DNA of 64,000 nt, from the NCBI GenBank assembly GCA_964106645.2, contig OZ067041.1; one strand, written 5' to 3'. The DNA is from Podarcis pityusensis. Taxonomy: Eukaryota. This document shows, piece after piece, positions 26,809 through 39,357 of this stretch; the first letter of the stretch is position 1, and each line of letters opens with the position of its first letter. Below the pieces are notes generated by a model that was not told the origin of the DNA, ran no database searches, and worked only from the letters and a program-made list of their open reading frames with translations. The translations under genes and the position numbers were made by a program.

Positions 26809-27220
26809 CATATGAAAGCCAAAATACACAGTAATAATAATGAAGAGTTTCTAACTAGACTGTGGGCTTTGAAACTAACTGAAGGTTCGTGATAACTGTT
26901 AATGAATGTTGGTATTTCTGTGCTTTCATTGTCATCTAGAGGGTGGTATCCAAAGCTGTCTGTGTGTGAATGGAATGGACTCCCACTTGTAAAATGGAAT
27001 GGACTCCCACTTCCGCTTCCCCTCTTCCCTCACAGCGCCCCTGATGTTCCCTCAAAAGGGACTCCAGAGGATTAGGTGACCATCTGGTGCTTGGGGAGCT
27101 GCTGTAGGGAAGAGGGGCAATTGAAGCCCCATTATATGAGTGGAAATCTGTTTGTGCAACACTGAAGGCTGCAGTAAGCTTATAAAGCAAAACCTTTTTC
27201 TGAATTTTGGTATCTCATAT

Positions 27221-27826
27221 TGTTATGAATCTGAGGCTGTAAGACTTAATTAAGGTTGGGTTGTTAGAACTGGGAAGTAGCCAAACTCATGTGTATTTAA
27301 GGTGGTCCCAAGTGTGTGTTAGGGTACGGTAAGAGGTGTGGTGGGCCCACAGGTAAGTCTTTTTATTAGCATATGTGAAATTAAAGCAGGCAGACATTTT
27401 AAGTTGTGACCCTTCCTTAGGAAATTCACATAAGTTAGGTGCTAATTAAGTCAGACAAGCTTCCCTGAGATGATCGCCTGGTGAGCAGATAAACAATTAG
27501 GAAGTACAGAGCTCAAGGGGCTAGGTGTGAAAAGTTTATTCAGGGGATAAGAGTGTAGGGTTTAGAGTGGCAGGGAGGAGTTAAGGAATAGAGTTACTAA
27601 GCAGTGGGGTGGAGAAATAGTTTTTTTTTAAAAAAGCGCAGGATGCTGATGTCTGTTTTGAACCAAGTGCTTTGGCTATGGGCTCTTGGAATGTAATGCT
27701 GCAGATCCCTCTATTGGATTCAGGTTGTATATATGTGTCAGTAAACCATGTATCATAAAGACACCGCAGGCTCTGCTGTGCCTCATTGAAGGGGAACACA
27801 GACCTGGTACTCCTGGAATCTTAACA
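27221..27826. mobile_element. Probable solo LTR (about 606 bp)
   Basis: Begins TGTTATGA and ends TCTTAACA (TG..CA with short inverted termini). An AGTAAA polyA-like signal lies near 27740. No clean TSD. Confidence 0.5.
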
Positions 27827-30557
27827 CAGCTCAGAGATTGGGATGATGTGTAACAATATAACCACTCCATTAACATGGAAGGGGCTATGCAAAAGCAACC
27901 GTTTTACATAGGTGTAAAAATAAAAAAGGTTATAGCATTAACTGAGGCAGTTCTGAATGCAGTATGTTTCACTGGCAAGTGTAAATATGTACTGGTGGTA
28001 TGCTGTGGCACATCATATATAAATTATTGTTAAAAAGTAAGTCTCTGGAAATGTAAAGCTGTACAAATTACTTGGTTTATTTAAGATAGATATGTGTGTG
28101 TTTCATACCACTCCTCCTTCAAGCAGTTGTAAGAACTTTACAGCATAATTTGTCTTCACTTGCAAGTTTAATTAGGGCCAAGTCAGGTTTCTACCATTCC
28201 GGATGTTCTTATTAAACACGCATTGCCACCTCTGCTAAATACCGAAGCCTATTGTTCACGCCTGCTTCAAAGGGAGTTGTTGGATATGGCTGGCTAACAA
28301 TGTTTGTTCTCCAAGGAATTATAATTCCAAAGTAAGAAGCACAAAGTTAGGGTTGCCATATTTTGAAGAGCAAAAAAAGAGGACACGTTTGCCAACTTCT
28401 ACTTTTAACTACTTTTACTACTTTCAACTCTCATTTTAAATACCCCTATTATATGTAGGCTATAGAAGCTGTGATATATTGCTAGTAGCAATGTTCTTAA
28501 CTTTCAACAACAAATAACCCAACTTCGTTGCTGTTAACGAATTTCCAGTAGCATAATTGTTTTAATCTTGAATTGTTGATATAGGGAAAGGAAGAAAGAT
28601 ACAACATTCCTTAGAAAGTTAGGAGTATTAATTAAAATGAATACTTGTTTACTTGAGGAGATTATGGCTGCAATCCTATACACACCTGGGAATAAGCCCC
28701 ATTGAACTCATTGGGGCTTACTTTTACATGGACATGTAGAGAATTGCACTGCAAGACTGTAGTTTTATTTGCACTTACTTAGAAGTAAGACCTATTAAAC
28801 TCACTGGGAATTAGAAGTAAGCATGCACAAAATACTGCTGCTATTTATATTTAAATTAATTAAAGCCACCAGGCTACTAATTGCTCTAGTCTAGGCACCA
28901 AATAAAAACGTTTAAAAATAAATAAATTCCAGTTTCTGTTCTGTATCAAAAAGTTTTGGGTGGGGATATATAATTGCATGTTAACATTAAGTGAAATTTG
29001 GACTTGTCAAATGAGTTTTAGGGATGTAACCACAAATGATTTTTTTTTTAATTAAACATATTGTATCCAGCCTTTTCCAGTAGAGCTCAAGGCAGCTAAT
29101 AGCAATAAAATTTAAATCATCATAACTTTAATTTAGAATTAGATATCTATAATGGGTTGTGGTTAGAGTAAACCCATTAAAACCAATAGGATTTAAGTTA
29201 ATCATGTTCTCAGAGTATGACAATACATTAAGCCCACAATTTACACTGGGGTTCTATTCTAGGGAATAGAAGCCAAAATCACATATAATCAAACCCATTC
29301 GGTTCAGTGGTGGGTGAGATTACCAAAGTCATTTTCCCTGGAACCCTGACCCTTTTGATACTTTTGCCACACACGTAAAGCCGAATGCACATAAGTTAAA
29401 TGTGCATAAGTTACAGTCTTACTGTACATTATTTATAAGATAATGAGTTGGATCCAGACTTAGGCTGCTGTTCTTCCAGCCCAGCCAGGCCTCAAAGAGT
29501 GGAGGGGACCACGGCATCTATAGCCCTGCCATGTATGGTTGTCAGGGCAGACCGATTGCTGTGCCAGTCTAGACCTGGTTCAGCAACTGGATATAAATCA
29601 GGCCTAATGCTATCACACAATTGAAGCAGGGCTGGCTTTGCCCCACATCCTTCCTGCCTCTGGAAAGCTCTATTTATGGTTTTTGTGCTGGCCTGGTGAG
29701 GGGATTCTCCACTTCTGCATGTCCACACATGTGGTGGGCAGAAGGGGAAAGTCCACAACAGAAGGCAGAGCTCCATAGTGGCATCACTCCAAAGGCAACA
29801 GCAGCAGGAGGCAAACAGAGGCTGACAAGAAACTTCTGCCCAATCCATATGCCCTTGCCCCAATCTGACACAAAGGGGATTTGGATTGCTCAGCCAGTCA
29901 TACTACTGCAATCCTGAAGTCTGCACACCCCATAGCAATAGCCTCGGTATGGGGGGGCAGGTTGGGAGGGAAGTGCAAGAGATTACAATAATCTGTCACT
30001 GTTAGTTATTCAGTAATTCTCTGAAGAAAAATATATTTTCACACTACTGCTTAGTAGATATGCTAGTGGTGTTTCATGCAAGTTAAAAACAAAAATAAAA
30101 AAACCATTAACCACTTTCAAGGCACTGTCATTTATTGGCATGGAAAACTTTTCTGAAAGAGAATAACCTCTGTTTATTTGTAGGTGCATATACAATTAGG
30201 CTGCCACCCATTCCTTGAGGAGTTCACTTAATTATCATTTATTCATTCTCTCAGAAGAGCTGAACACTCAGCCTTAAGCTCCATGTTAAAAAGTATTTTA
30301 CTGCATTTCCAATTTGGCGAATAAATTTGTATTAAAGGATCTTTGCCTGATCTCAGGGGATGAAGCTGATAAACAGACTGTTGCTGGACAAGAAGCATTT
30401 TTTAGACAAGTAACATGTTATGCCATTGAACTAGAACTAGATCATACCTATATAGAGAAAATCCATTAGTGACGGAATGATACTAAAAATGAAATATGAA
30501 AACTACATTTTAAAGCTAATACACTAGTGGTTAAGTCCAACACACATAGCTAGATAA

Positions 30558-30863
<306 letters not shown>

Positions 30864-32213
30864 TAATGAACTTTTGTCCTTGCTAGAAAAATGAGTGGCT
30901 CAGAGCTGGCAAGCTGGTGATCAGAGTGCAAGTTTAATACAAGCTAATAGCTTAAAGGCTATTCAGCAAATACTTTGGTTAGTTTTGGAGCCCTGTGCAG
31001 TTCTGTTATGAAATGTGAAACTGGGAAATGACAGATTTAAATAGAATGTCCTATATAATTGGGGTCAGCTTCTGTCTCATTTGTTAAATCATCTAGTAGG
31101 CCCTTCAGGGTGTTTGTTTGTTTGTTTGTTTTTGGTCTGGTATATGCTTTCAGCCCCACTCCGCAGAGGATTTACCATGGCATGGTTAAAATTGTCTTTT
31201 TTCATGAGACGCCACATCACATAAAAAGCTGTTTTATGGGCAAATAAAATATTGTCAGTTCATTTCAAAGAACACAACTAACTGGTTTTAGTTTAATTAA
31301 AGGAAAATCTTCAGTTAAAGAAATGGTTTACAGCACTGGAATTCTTCCAGATCCCAACAATTTTTCATCAAGTTTTAATTAAGATAATCATGGACTGCTA
31401 AATTTTGTATTAGGAACTGCTGGTATCTCCAGTAGTATCCTCTGGAGCTACAATTTTTCTTCCTTTCCAAAGTCTGCCCCAGTTCTAGTTTTGTTGTAAT
31501 GTTATGATAGTCTATCTCAATTTTATTGTGTTTTGTTTAACCTGTAGGTGCAAAGAGGATGTCCATCAGTTGCTAAAATCATTACTTTATAGAATTCAGT
31601 TGATGCAATGGTTTATTTCTACCAAATATAAATGTAATTTTGTATTTCAGCACAATATGTCTTTTATGACAGGAGGCAATGGCAACTCGAAAGTATTATA
31701 AAAACACTTTTTGTGGTTTGTTTGTTTCCTGCCCTTCACCCTAAGCTCCAACAGCAGGTTACAGTGTTAAAGCACAATTTTAAAACAACTTCTAACCATA
31801 AAAATAATAAAATAAAATAAAATTATAGAATATTTAAGTAGGCATTTAAGAAGTTACTATGCATTTCATATTAAAAACAATGACATACCCATGGGATAGG
31901 ATTTCTAAGACTTAAAAGACTGCTGAAGACTGCTATTCAGCATACATGAGTGAATTGCATGGCATATGGAGAAACAAAAGAAGTCATAATTCTGAAATTT
32001 AAGTTTGTGAAGCTTTGTTTATCTAATAATAGCTACCCTTTTGCAGAGTTATAATCTACTTGTTTTGTAGGGCTTTTCCATTCCTTTTGAGTTTTTTCTT
32101 AACTTCTAAGATGTTCATTGATGCATTTAGAAGTAGCAAATATTAATTGCATGTATAATTCACATATTTGACTGTGTTATTTTTCTCCTTTTCCTGTGAT
32201 TTAATTTCAATAG

Positions 32214-32299
32214 GGGTCGAACAGGAAGGATCCGTGTCCTCTCTTTTAAAACTGGTGTTATTTCTCTCTGTAAAGCACATTTGGAAGATAAATACAGAT
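32214..32299 (+). CDS. DMD: Dystrophin exon 66 ([28 protein letters not shown])
   Basis: aatag|GGGTCGA...CAGAT|gtaagt, 86 bp. Confidence 0.97.
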
Positions 32300-33167
32300 G
32301 TAAGTCAAGTCACTGTTTACTACAGGAATGCAGCATTTAGAAGCAGCAAATACTTGTTTGTCAGCTCCTTGCATATTCTAAACATTCCCCTTTATTTTTC
32401 AATTTTTAAGTAAACAGGTATTTCCAAGGGGTGATACTCAACTAAGTTTTGCCCAGAGCAGGCATTGAAACTAACAGACGTAGCTTCATCACGTTCATTA
32501 ATTTCAGTGGATCTACTATGAGTAAAACTTAACTGAATACCACCCAAGGTATTATGCTTTTTCTACTGCATTATATTTTCTATGAAAATTGATTGTAGTT
32601 ACTTGGGAGCCATCCATTAAATCCTTCACCTGAAATAATTCTTGGGAGTACAGACTCAAAAATCTAATTGGCACAAGGAAGCAGTTTTGTGGTTCACTGA
32701 AGTCCCACTGTGCTGTTTTACGTGCCCCAACTTTCAGGAAGGACAGTCTGCAAAGGAGACTGACAGGAACATCCACTGAGTGGAGTTGTACTCACATGAC
32801 ATAGCAACCAGCAGAAGTCCCCCAGGAATGATCTCCAGGGAGTTGGGAAAACCTCCAGAGCAGGATTAGACGTAGCACATGAGGAAGGGTAAATTGCTGA
32901 AAATTGCCTCTCCTTCTCCTGGTAGGAGTGTCATGTGAGTGGCTTATGTTATTCCAAAAATTACATTGTTGAGTGAAATCAATGCATGTAAGGTATATTC
33001 CATCCTCCTAAATTTTGGAATCTACCATTCTGCTTAAATACTTCATCTTAGAAAAGTGCCCTAACACTTCGGATAATAAGATAGAATCAGAAAATGTTTA
33101 TTGAGACTGACTTGATCTGTCCTTCAAAAGAAATGGAAGTGAGATTTCTCAGAAGATCCCACTAGTT

Positions 33168-33270
33168 CAGGAATGGGAAAGCTTTGGCCCTCCAGATGTT
33201 GCTGGACTACAATTCCCATCAGTCCCAGCCAGGATGGTCAATGGTAATGAGTGATGGAAGTTGTAGTACT
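33168..33270. mobile_element. Palindromic MITE-like repeat, truncated next to a SINE
   Basis: GGCCCTCCAGATGTTGCTGGACTACAATTCCCATC...GATGGAAGTTGTAGT; same family as the 45911 and 60701 copies. Confidence 0.65.
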
Positions 33271-33278
33271 GCAATATT

Positions 33279-33522
33279 GTAGATAAATAGGTACCGCTGT
33301 GGCGGGAAGTTAAAAGGCATTTCCGTGCACTCTGGTTTCCATCACGTGTCCCGTTGCACTAGAAGCGGTTTAGTCATGCTGGCCACATGACCTGGAAAGC
33401 CATCTGTGGACAAACGCCAGCTCCCTCAGCCTGAAAGCGAGATGAGCGCCGCAACCCCATAGTCGCCTTTGACTTGACTTAACTATCCAGGGGTCTTTTA
33501 CCTTTACCTTTACCTTTACCTT
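33279..33522 (+). mobile_element. Sauria SINE, 3' two-thirds
   Basis: GTAGATAAATAGGTACCGC...AGTCATGCTGGCCACATGACC...GCGAGATGAGCGCCGCAACCCC with an (ACCTTT)4 tail. Confidence 0.88.
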
Positions 33523-34780
33523 TGTACTTATTATCACACGGATGCCAATTATTATTTGCATTGTGTTTCCTTGTGGTATTCTTATCATTCCTAAAAGTTG
33601 AGCAACACATGATAACTCTGAAACTCCCACAGCCTGATAACATTAATTCTCCTGCCAAGGTACTCTCTACAACTATGATGGGAATGGAAAGTGCCCCTTT
33701 ATGATGTAAACTAAGATCAGACTTGGCTAGGAAATGGTGTCTTAAATAGAAGCAAAATAAAATCAGGTGTTAAAGCTGTACTAGTAAATTTCTATACAAG
33801 ACTAAAGCTTTTCTATAATTGTGCCCTTAGTACAAAATGAAATATTAATGAGTCTGCAGGAATATAACCATATTATTTTCACTTGCTGAAATCTGTTTTT
33901 AATGCTTTGAAAAATAAAACAAGATTTATTCAGGTCATGTATTGGTAATGGGTAGTACCAAATAAATATTTCAGTTGATCATAATCTCATTTTTTTAACT
34001 GTTACAAACTTTAACATACCTGCAGATATGTACTATATAACTCATTTGAAGTAAATTAAATTTACATGTAGTACAATTCCTGGTATTAACATTTCATGTG
34101 GGCAACATGGTTCTGTAACACAGAACTCTTTTACTTTCTTCCAAATATATTATTGGATTCCAAATGCCAAGCTTTGGGGTTTTTCAATTCTTGATGCAAA
34201 TCAGAGTTTGGAAATCCAGTTCGCAGGCATACAGCATTGTGGAATTTTTTTGGTAACTTCATTCCTTTATTCTGATTGTGAACATCTTTGCATGCAAGTT
34301 ATTCCTATTTTCTTCTGTGACAAAAATCTTAAAAACATGTATATTCTTAAAGCATTTCCTCACAAATTTGTTACCTATATAGGATAATATGCACTAGCAG
34401 CAATAAAATTATGGTCTACTTTTTTGGCCCGAACAGTGTTGATTACCAATGGTATTCTTTAATATTTAAAAATGATTTGAGTAACTTTACAATTCTCAGC
34501 TTTGACAGTTAAATATTTTTGACATTAATTATTTAACTTATTATTGGACTTCCTTGCTTCTTGTTTTGGTTTATGTGAGTTACAGTGCAATAGTAATTGG
34601 CTACAAACAAAATCTGATTCAAAATAGTTATTTCAGAATTGTCTACTAGAGAAGGTCAAACCACTAAATAACCAAACAAATTGTGAACAAACCTAATGAA
34701 AACTCTCAACCATTTATTTGTATCTCTGACAGCAAATTTGTTTATAAGTATTATACAGTTGATAGTTTCTATTGTTTTAA

Positions 34781-35041
<261 letters not shown>

Positions 35042-36679
35042 TGATAAGTGTGGAGATCAGAGTATGTGTATTTGTTTATTTAATATTTAGTTTATTGAAA
35101 CATTTTATTGAATGGGGCCAGGCAGTCAGAATATGGCAACTCTGCACTCTAAATTGACACAGCATCCATCAGATTAAATGTAAAATACATCAAATAAAGA
35201 ATGGTGTTGGGAACAAGACCTGTCCAATTTTATCTGTTATTTCCATTCTTGTCCTGCCTATCAACCCAAAGGTCCACAAAATTAATTACAATCAAAAACA
35301 TTTAAATGTTTTTTACAACTAAACTAAAACTGTAGAGTCATTGGCATGAGTAGTGAGGAAAATGTAACACTGCATCTCAAAAGCCTTCTAGTATAGTATA
35401 GTATTTTGACTTGCATTTTTGAGTCATTTTTGAGTCACTCTCCTGAAGTCACTCTCACATTCAGAAATATGCTTCACTCCTAGTAGATGTCAATCTTGCT
35501 TCTAACACTGCAAAGCCTGAAGCAAAGAGGAGAAAAGTTCAGATGGGAGATAGCAGATACCATGGCAATATACCCTGGCTTCCAACACTTTAACATCTTA
35601 AAGAACTTTCAGTTTAGCTCAGAAACTAACCACCAGCCAGTGAAATTTCTGAATTGCCATTAAGTCACCCAGCAAGTCATCCATGGTTCTGCAGCAGCAC
35701 AAGGGAAGTAAGCGGGGATTTTAAGTTGGTCTAACTTTTGGTTTTTCAAATTCAAATACATTTTGTTTTAAATAAAAGATCAAGTATGTTTTTCCATGGC
35801 CATTTAGGGAAAACTGACGGTGAACAGCAACAGTTACTTTGGCAAAGTATGTTTAGAAAGCACTGAGACAGAGGTCTGCAGTGGGAGACAAAAACAACTC
35901 ATTAAACTGAAGGAATAATAAACTAAAGGGACAGAATTAGCATTTCAGAGAAGTATCAGAAGAGTTCATTATTTTATGACCTCTCTTTAAAAAAAATGCT
36001 AAGAAGGGTCTGTCTGGTCAATGCAATTCATATTGTGAGGCAAAAATAACTTTTGTCTTTGTAATTGAAAGGGTCACTGGAGGGAAGAAGCAAAGGAACC
36101 ATTATGACTCTTCCTCCTCAAGTTTTAAATTCCCACTTCAAATGTTAGACCACACTATGCATGATAAAAGAGGTTTTTCCCCTCAAAGTGATCACTGTGC
36201 ATTTCAAGAATGTATATCCTTCCCATTGTGTTCTTTCGGCATGGAAATAGACCTTGTGGGTGACCTCCCTCAAACATCATTAATCAATCTGCAGGCCTCT
36301 TTTCATGTTACTTAAAGGTTAATGCATTGTTTTGTAGTACAAAGTAAGGGATCTTTACTTATGATGGCCATAATTAGTTGAGGTTTAAAAAATATTAATC
36401 CAGTATAACTTCTTATAGTATTTTTAATATTACATTTTTTTCAAAAATTAAATAAAAAATGGCTATCCACAGGTTTAAAATTCAGGTCAGTTTGGTTCCT
36501 AATGCTATATACTGGGTTGCACCAGTACTTAGTCATACTTAGAGCTAATTGGTTTTTTGGGCCCAACGTGCAGCTTTATAAATAGGCATAAAGATTGCTG
36601 TTTATTGCTTATATCACATATGTCAACTACACCCATTCATGGAAAACATGTTACAGCCTAAGGTAGAAGGAAGGAACAT

Positions 36680-37040
36680 GTTGTTGTTTAGTCATTTAGT
36701 TGTGTCCAACTCTTTGTGACCCCATGGACCAGAGCATGCCAGGCACTCCTGTCTTCCACTGCCTCCCGCAGTTTGGTCAAACTCATGCTGGTAGCTTTGA
36801 GAACACTGTCCAACCATCTTGTCCTCTGTCGTCCCCTTCTCCTTGTGCCATCAATCTTTCCCAGCATCAGGGTCTTTTCCAGGGAGTCTTCTCTTCTCAT
36901 CAGGTGGTCAAAGTATTGGAGCCTCAGCTTCAGGATCTGTCCTTCCAGTGAGCACTCAGGGCTGATTTCCTTCAGAATGGATAGGTTTGATCTTCTTGCA
37001 GTTCATGGGACTCTCAAGAGTCTCCTCCAGCACCATAATT
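36680..37040 (-). mobile_element. RTE/BovB LINE 3' fragment
   Basis: ORF 36688-36900(-) DSLEKTLMLGKIDGTRRRGRQRTRWLD...LREAVEDRSAWHALVHGVTKS is the BovB ORF C-terminus, followed by a (CAA)n tail. Confidence 0.92.
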
Positions 37041-37488
37041 GGCAGCGAGTGCATTATGTTGCTAATGAAGTTATCTGTTAGTTGCATTAAACTTCCAGGC
37101 CCAATTCAATGTCCTAGTTTAAAGAGAAAGTAACAGACTCTTTATGGCCAGGGCTCTATATACTTTGGAGACATCTGAACTTAAAAAACATTTAAGAAGA
37201 GTCCTCTTCAGAAACATCACTATTTGAGAAGTGAGAAGTAGGGAAAGGGACTTGTCTCAAAAGTTATGGATTCCTTTTTTGACACGTCCGCCATTGTTTG
37301 TTTTTGCTGAGTATTATACAAAGGTTGTTTGTTTGCTGCTTTTAGTGAGTTTGATATATTTTTTATGTTTTAATTTTTTTATATCTTTAAATGCTCTATA
37401 TTTTGAATTGCATTTCATTGGTTATGATCGTGTTGTTTGAAATTTCTTCAGCATGTATTTGCATTATTGAAAACATTTGTGCACTATA

Positions 37489-37491
<3 letters not shown>

Positions 37492-37541
<50 letters not shown>
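37492..37541. repeat. Compound (TC)n(AC)n microsatellite
   Basis: Direct inspection. Confidence 0.9.
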
Positions 37542-37654
37542 CTCTTCACAAATCTAACTCAAGGACTTTTGATTATTAATGGGAATTGGCTGGAAGTGAG
37601 GTTTTTATGCTGATAACATCCCTGGTAATAATTTGCAGTGATTTCAGAGAGAAT

Positions 37655-37677
37655 GAGAGAGAGAGAGAGAGAGAGAA
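37655..37677. repeat. (GA)n microsatellite
   Basis: Direct inspection. Confidence 0.85.
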
Positions 37678-38991
37678 CCAGCAGCAAATGTACTGTATCA
37701 GAATCTGTTCTCCTGGTCTCAGTGGCTTAGGCATGCTGGCAACAACCTTGTCTGTCATGCACAGCAGCACAAAAATGTAATGTTTACTGTACCAGGAGAT
37801 AACAAGGGGTGGTGAGGAAATGTCCCTGATCTTTGTTTGAAATGCAAGTCCTTGAAAGTAGCGGGGGAGGGAAGTCTTGTTCTGTCAACATGCATGTGCT
37901 CACAGCATTGGTGTTTGTAATACTCCCTTCAACTGCAGCAAAAATGCTACAACTGCTTCAAGTACATTCTTTGTCTGTAAGGAATGAGGTGGCTTTTTAA
38001 AAAAACTTTGCCACTTTGAAATTATTTTTCTTTCCACAAGCTTGAGACTCATGCAGCGCCTAGGTTACAAACATTAAAAAAGGATGTACAAAGAGTAGCT
38101 CTTGGGAGAAAACGAGGCTTCATGTGGAATATAAAATAGAACTTGACTTTGCTTATTCATTTATTTAGTTCTCTTTCTTTCATCCCCCCATAACACACAC
38201 AAAGCTGTGGCAATAACAACAGTTTAAGGGCAAAGGTGCAATAAAAAGAGAGGACTATATATAAGAATGGGAATATACCTCATGTCTGTTGAACCCTGTC
38301 TGTTGAATGTCAGCTAAAAGATAGACTTCTAGAGAAATATAGTGTTTATGCTGTTCAAACTTGGCACACAGGTGGTGCAGATGAGAGACTGTTCTGTTTT
38401 CAGCCTTGTGGTGGAAAATGGTGAAAAAGACATTTCCTAAAATGTGGCTTATCTCACATCATGCTCAGTGGTAGATCCCAGGCTTTTCAGGCCACTGGCC
38501 CTGATTTTAAACACCGCCTGAACACAGCTACAGTCTAACCAGATTTCTGGTTTCCTTAGACCTACTTTCCCCTATTTATAGACTCAGAAGCAGCATTATG
38601 TAAGGTTGTTGCACTATTACAATAATGTTGTGTTTCCCTTTTACAATGCAAACTTGTATGCTTCAGAATACTTAGCTAGATGAACCAATTGTCTCATTCA
38701 TAATTTTATTTGTATGCTGCTTTTCCATAAAAAAAATCATGCTCAAAGTGATTTATAACAAAGAAAAGTTGAACACATTTCAAGATCAAACACTTCAAAA
38801 CAATTTCATTGTAACATAATAAAACAACAAAGTAGCAAATATAACATCACCCAAAATGACAGAAACACCAATACCTTATTTAAGATAGATACAAGCCTCT
38901 GGGAATTGTTTTTTTTAAAAGAGCACTTTACCAATGTAAATTTGAATCTCAGAATTTTAAAATAGTTTTAGTGTAATGTAGATTGAAATTA

Positions 38992-39357
38992 GGGATGCAG
39001 GTGGAGCTGTGGTCTAAACCACTGAGCCTAGGGCTTGCCGATCGGATGTTCAGCAGTTCGAATCCCCGTGACGGGATGAGCTCCCACTGCTCGGTCCCAG
39101 CTCCTGCCAACCTAGCAGTTTGAAAGCATGTCAAAGTGCAAGTAGATAAATAGGTACCGCTCCGGTAGGAAGGTAAATGGCATTTCCGTGCGCTGCTCTG
39201 GTTCGCCAGAAGCGGCTTAGTCATGCTGGCCACATGACCTGGAAAAACTGTCTGTGGACAAACGTCGGCTCCCTCGGCCAGTAAAGCGAGATGAGCACCA
39301 CAAGCCCAGAGTTGTTCGCGACTGGACTTAACTGTCAGGGGCCCTTTACCTTTTTTT
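38992..39357 (+). mobile_element. Full-length Sauria SINE
   Basis: tRNA head, Sauria core and tail; 13-bp TSD TAGATTGAAATTA at 38979-38991 and 39358-39370. Confidence 0.92.
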
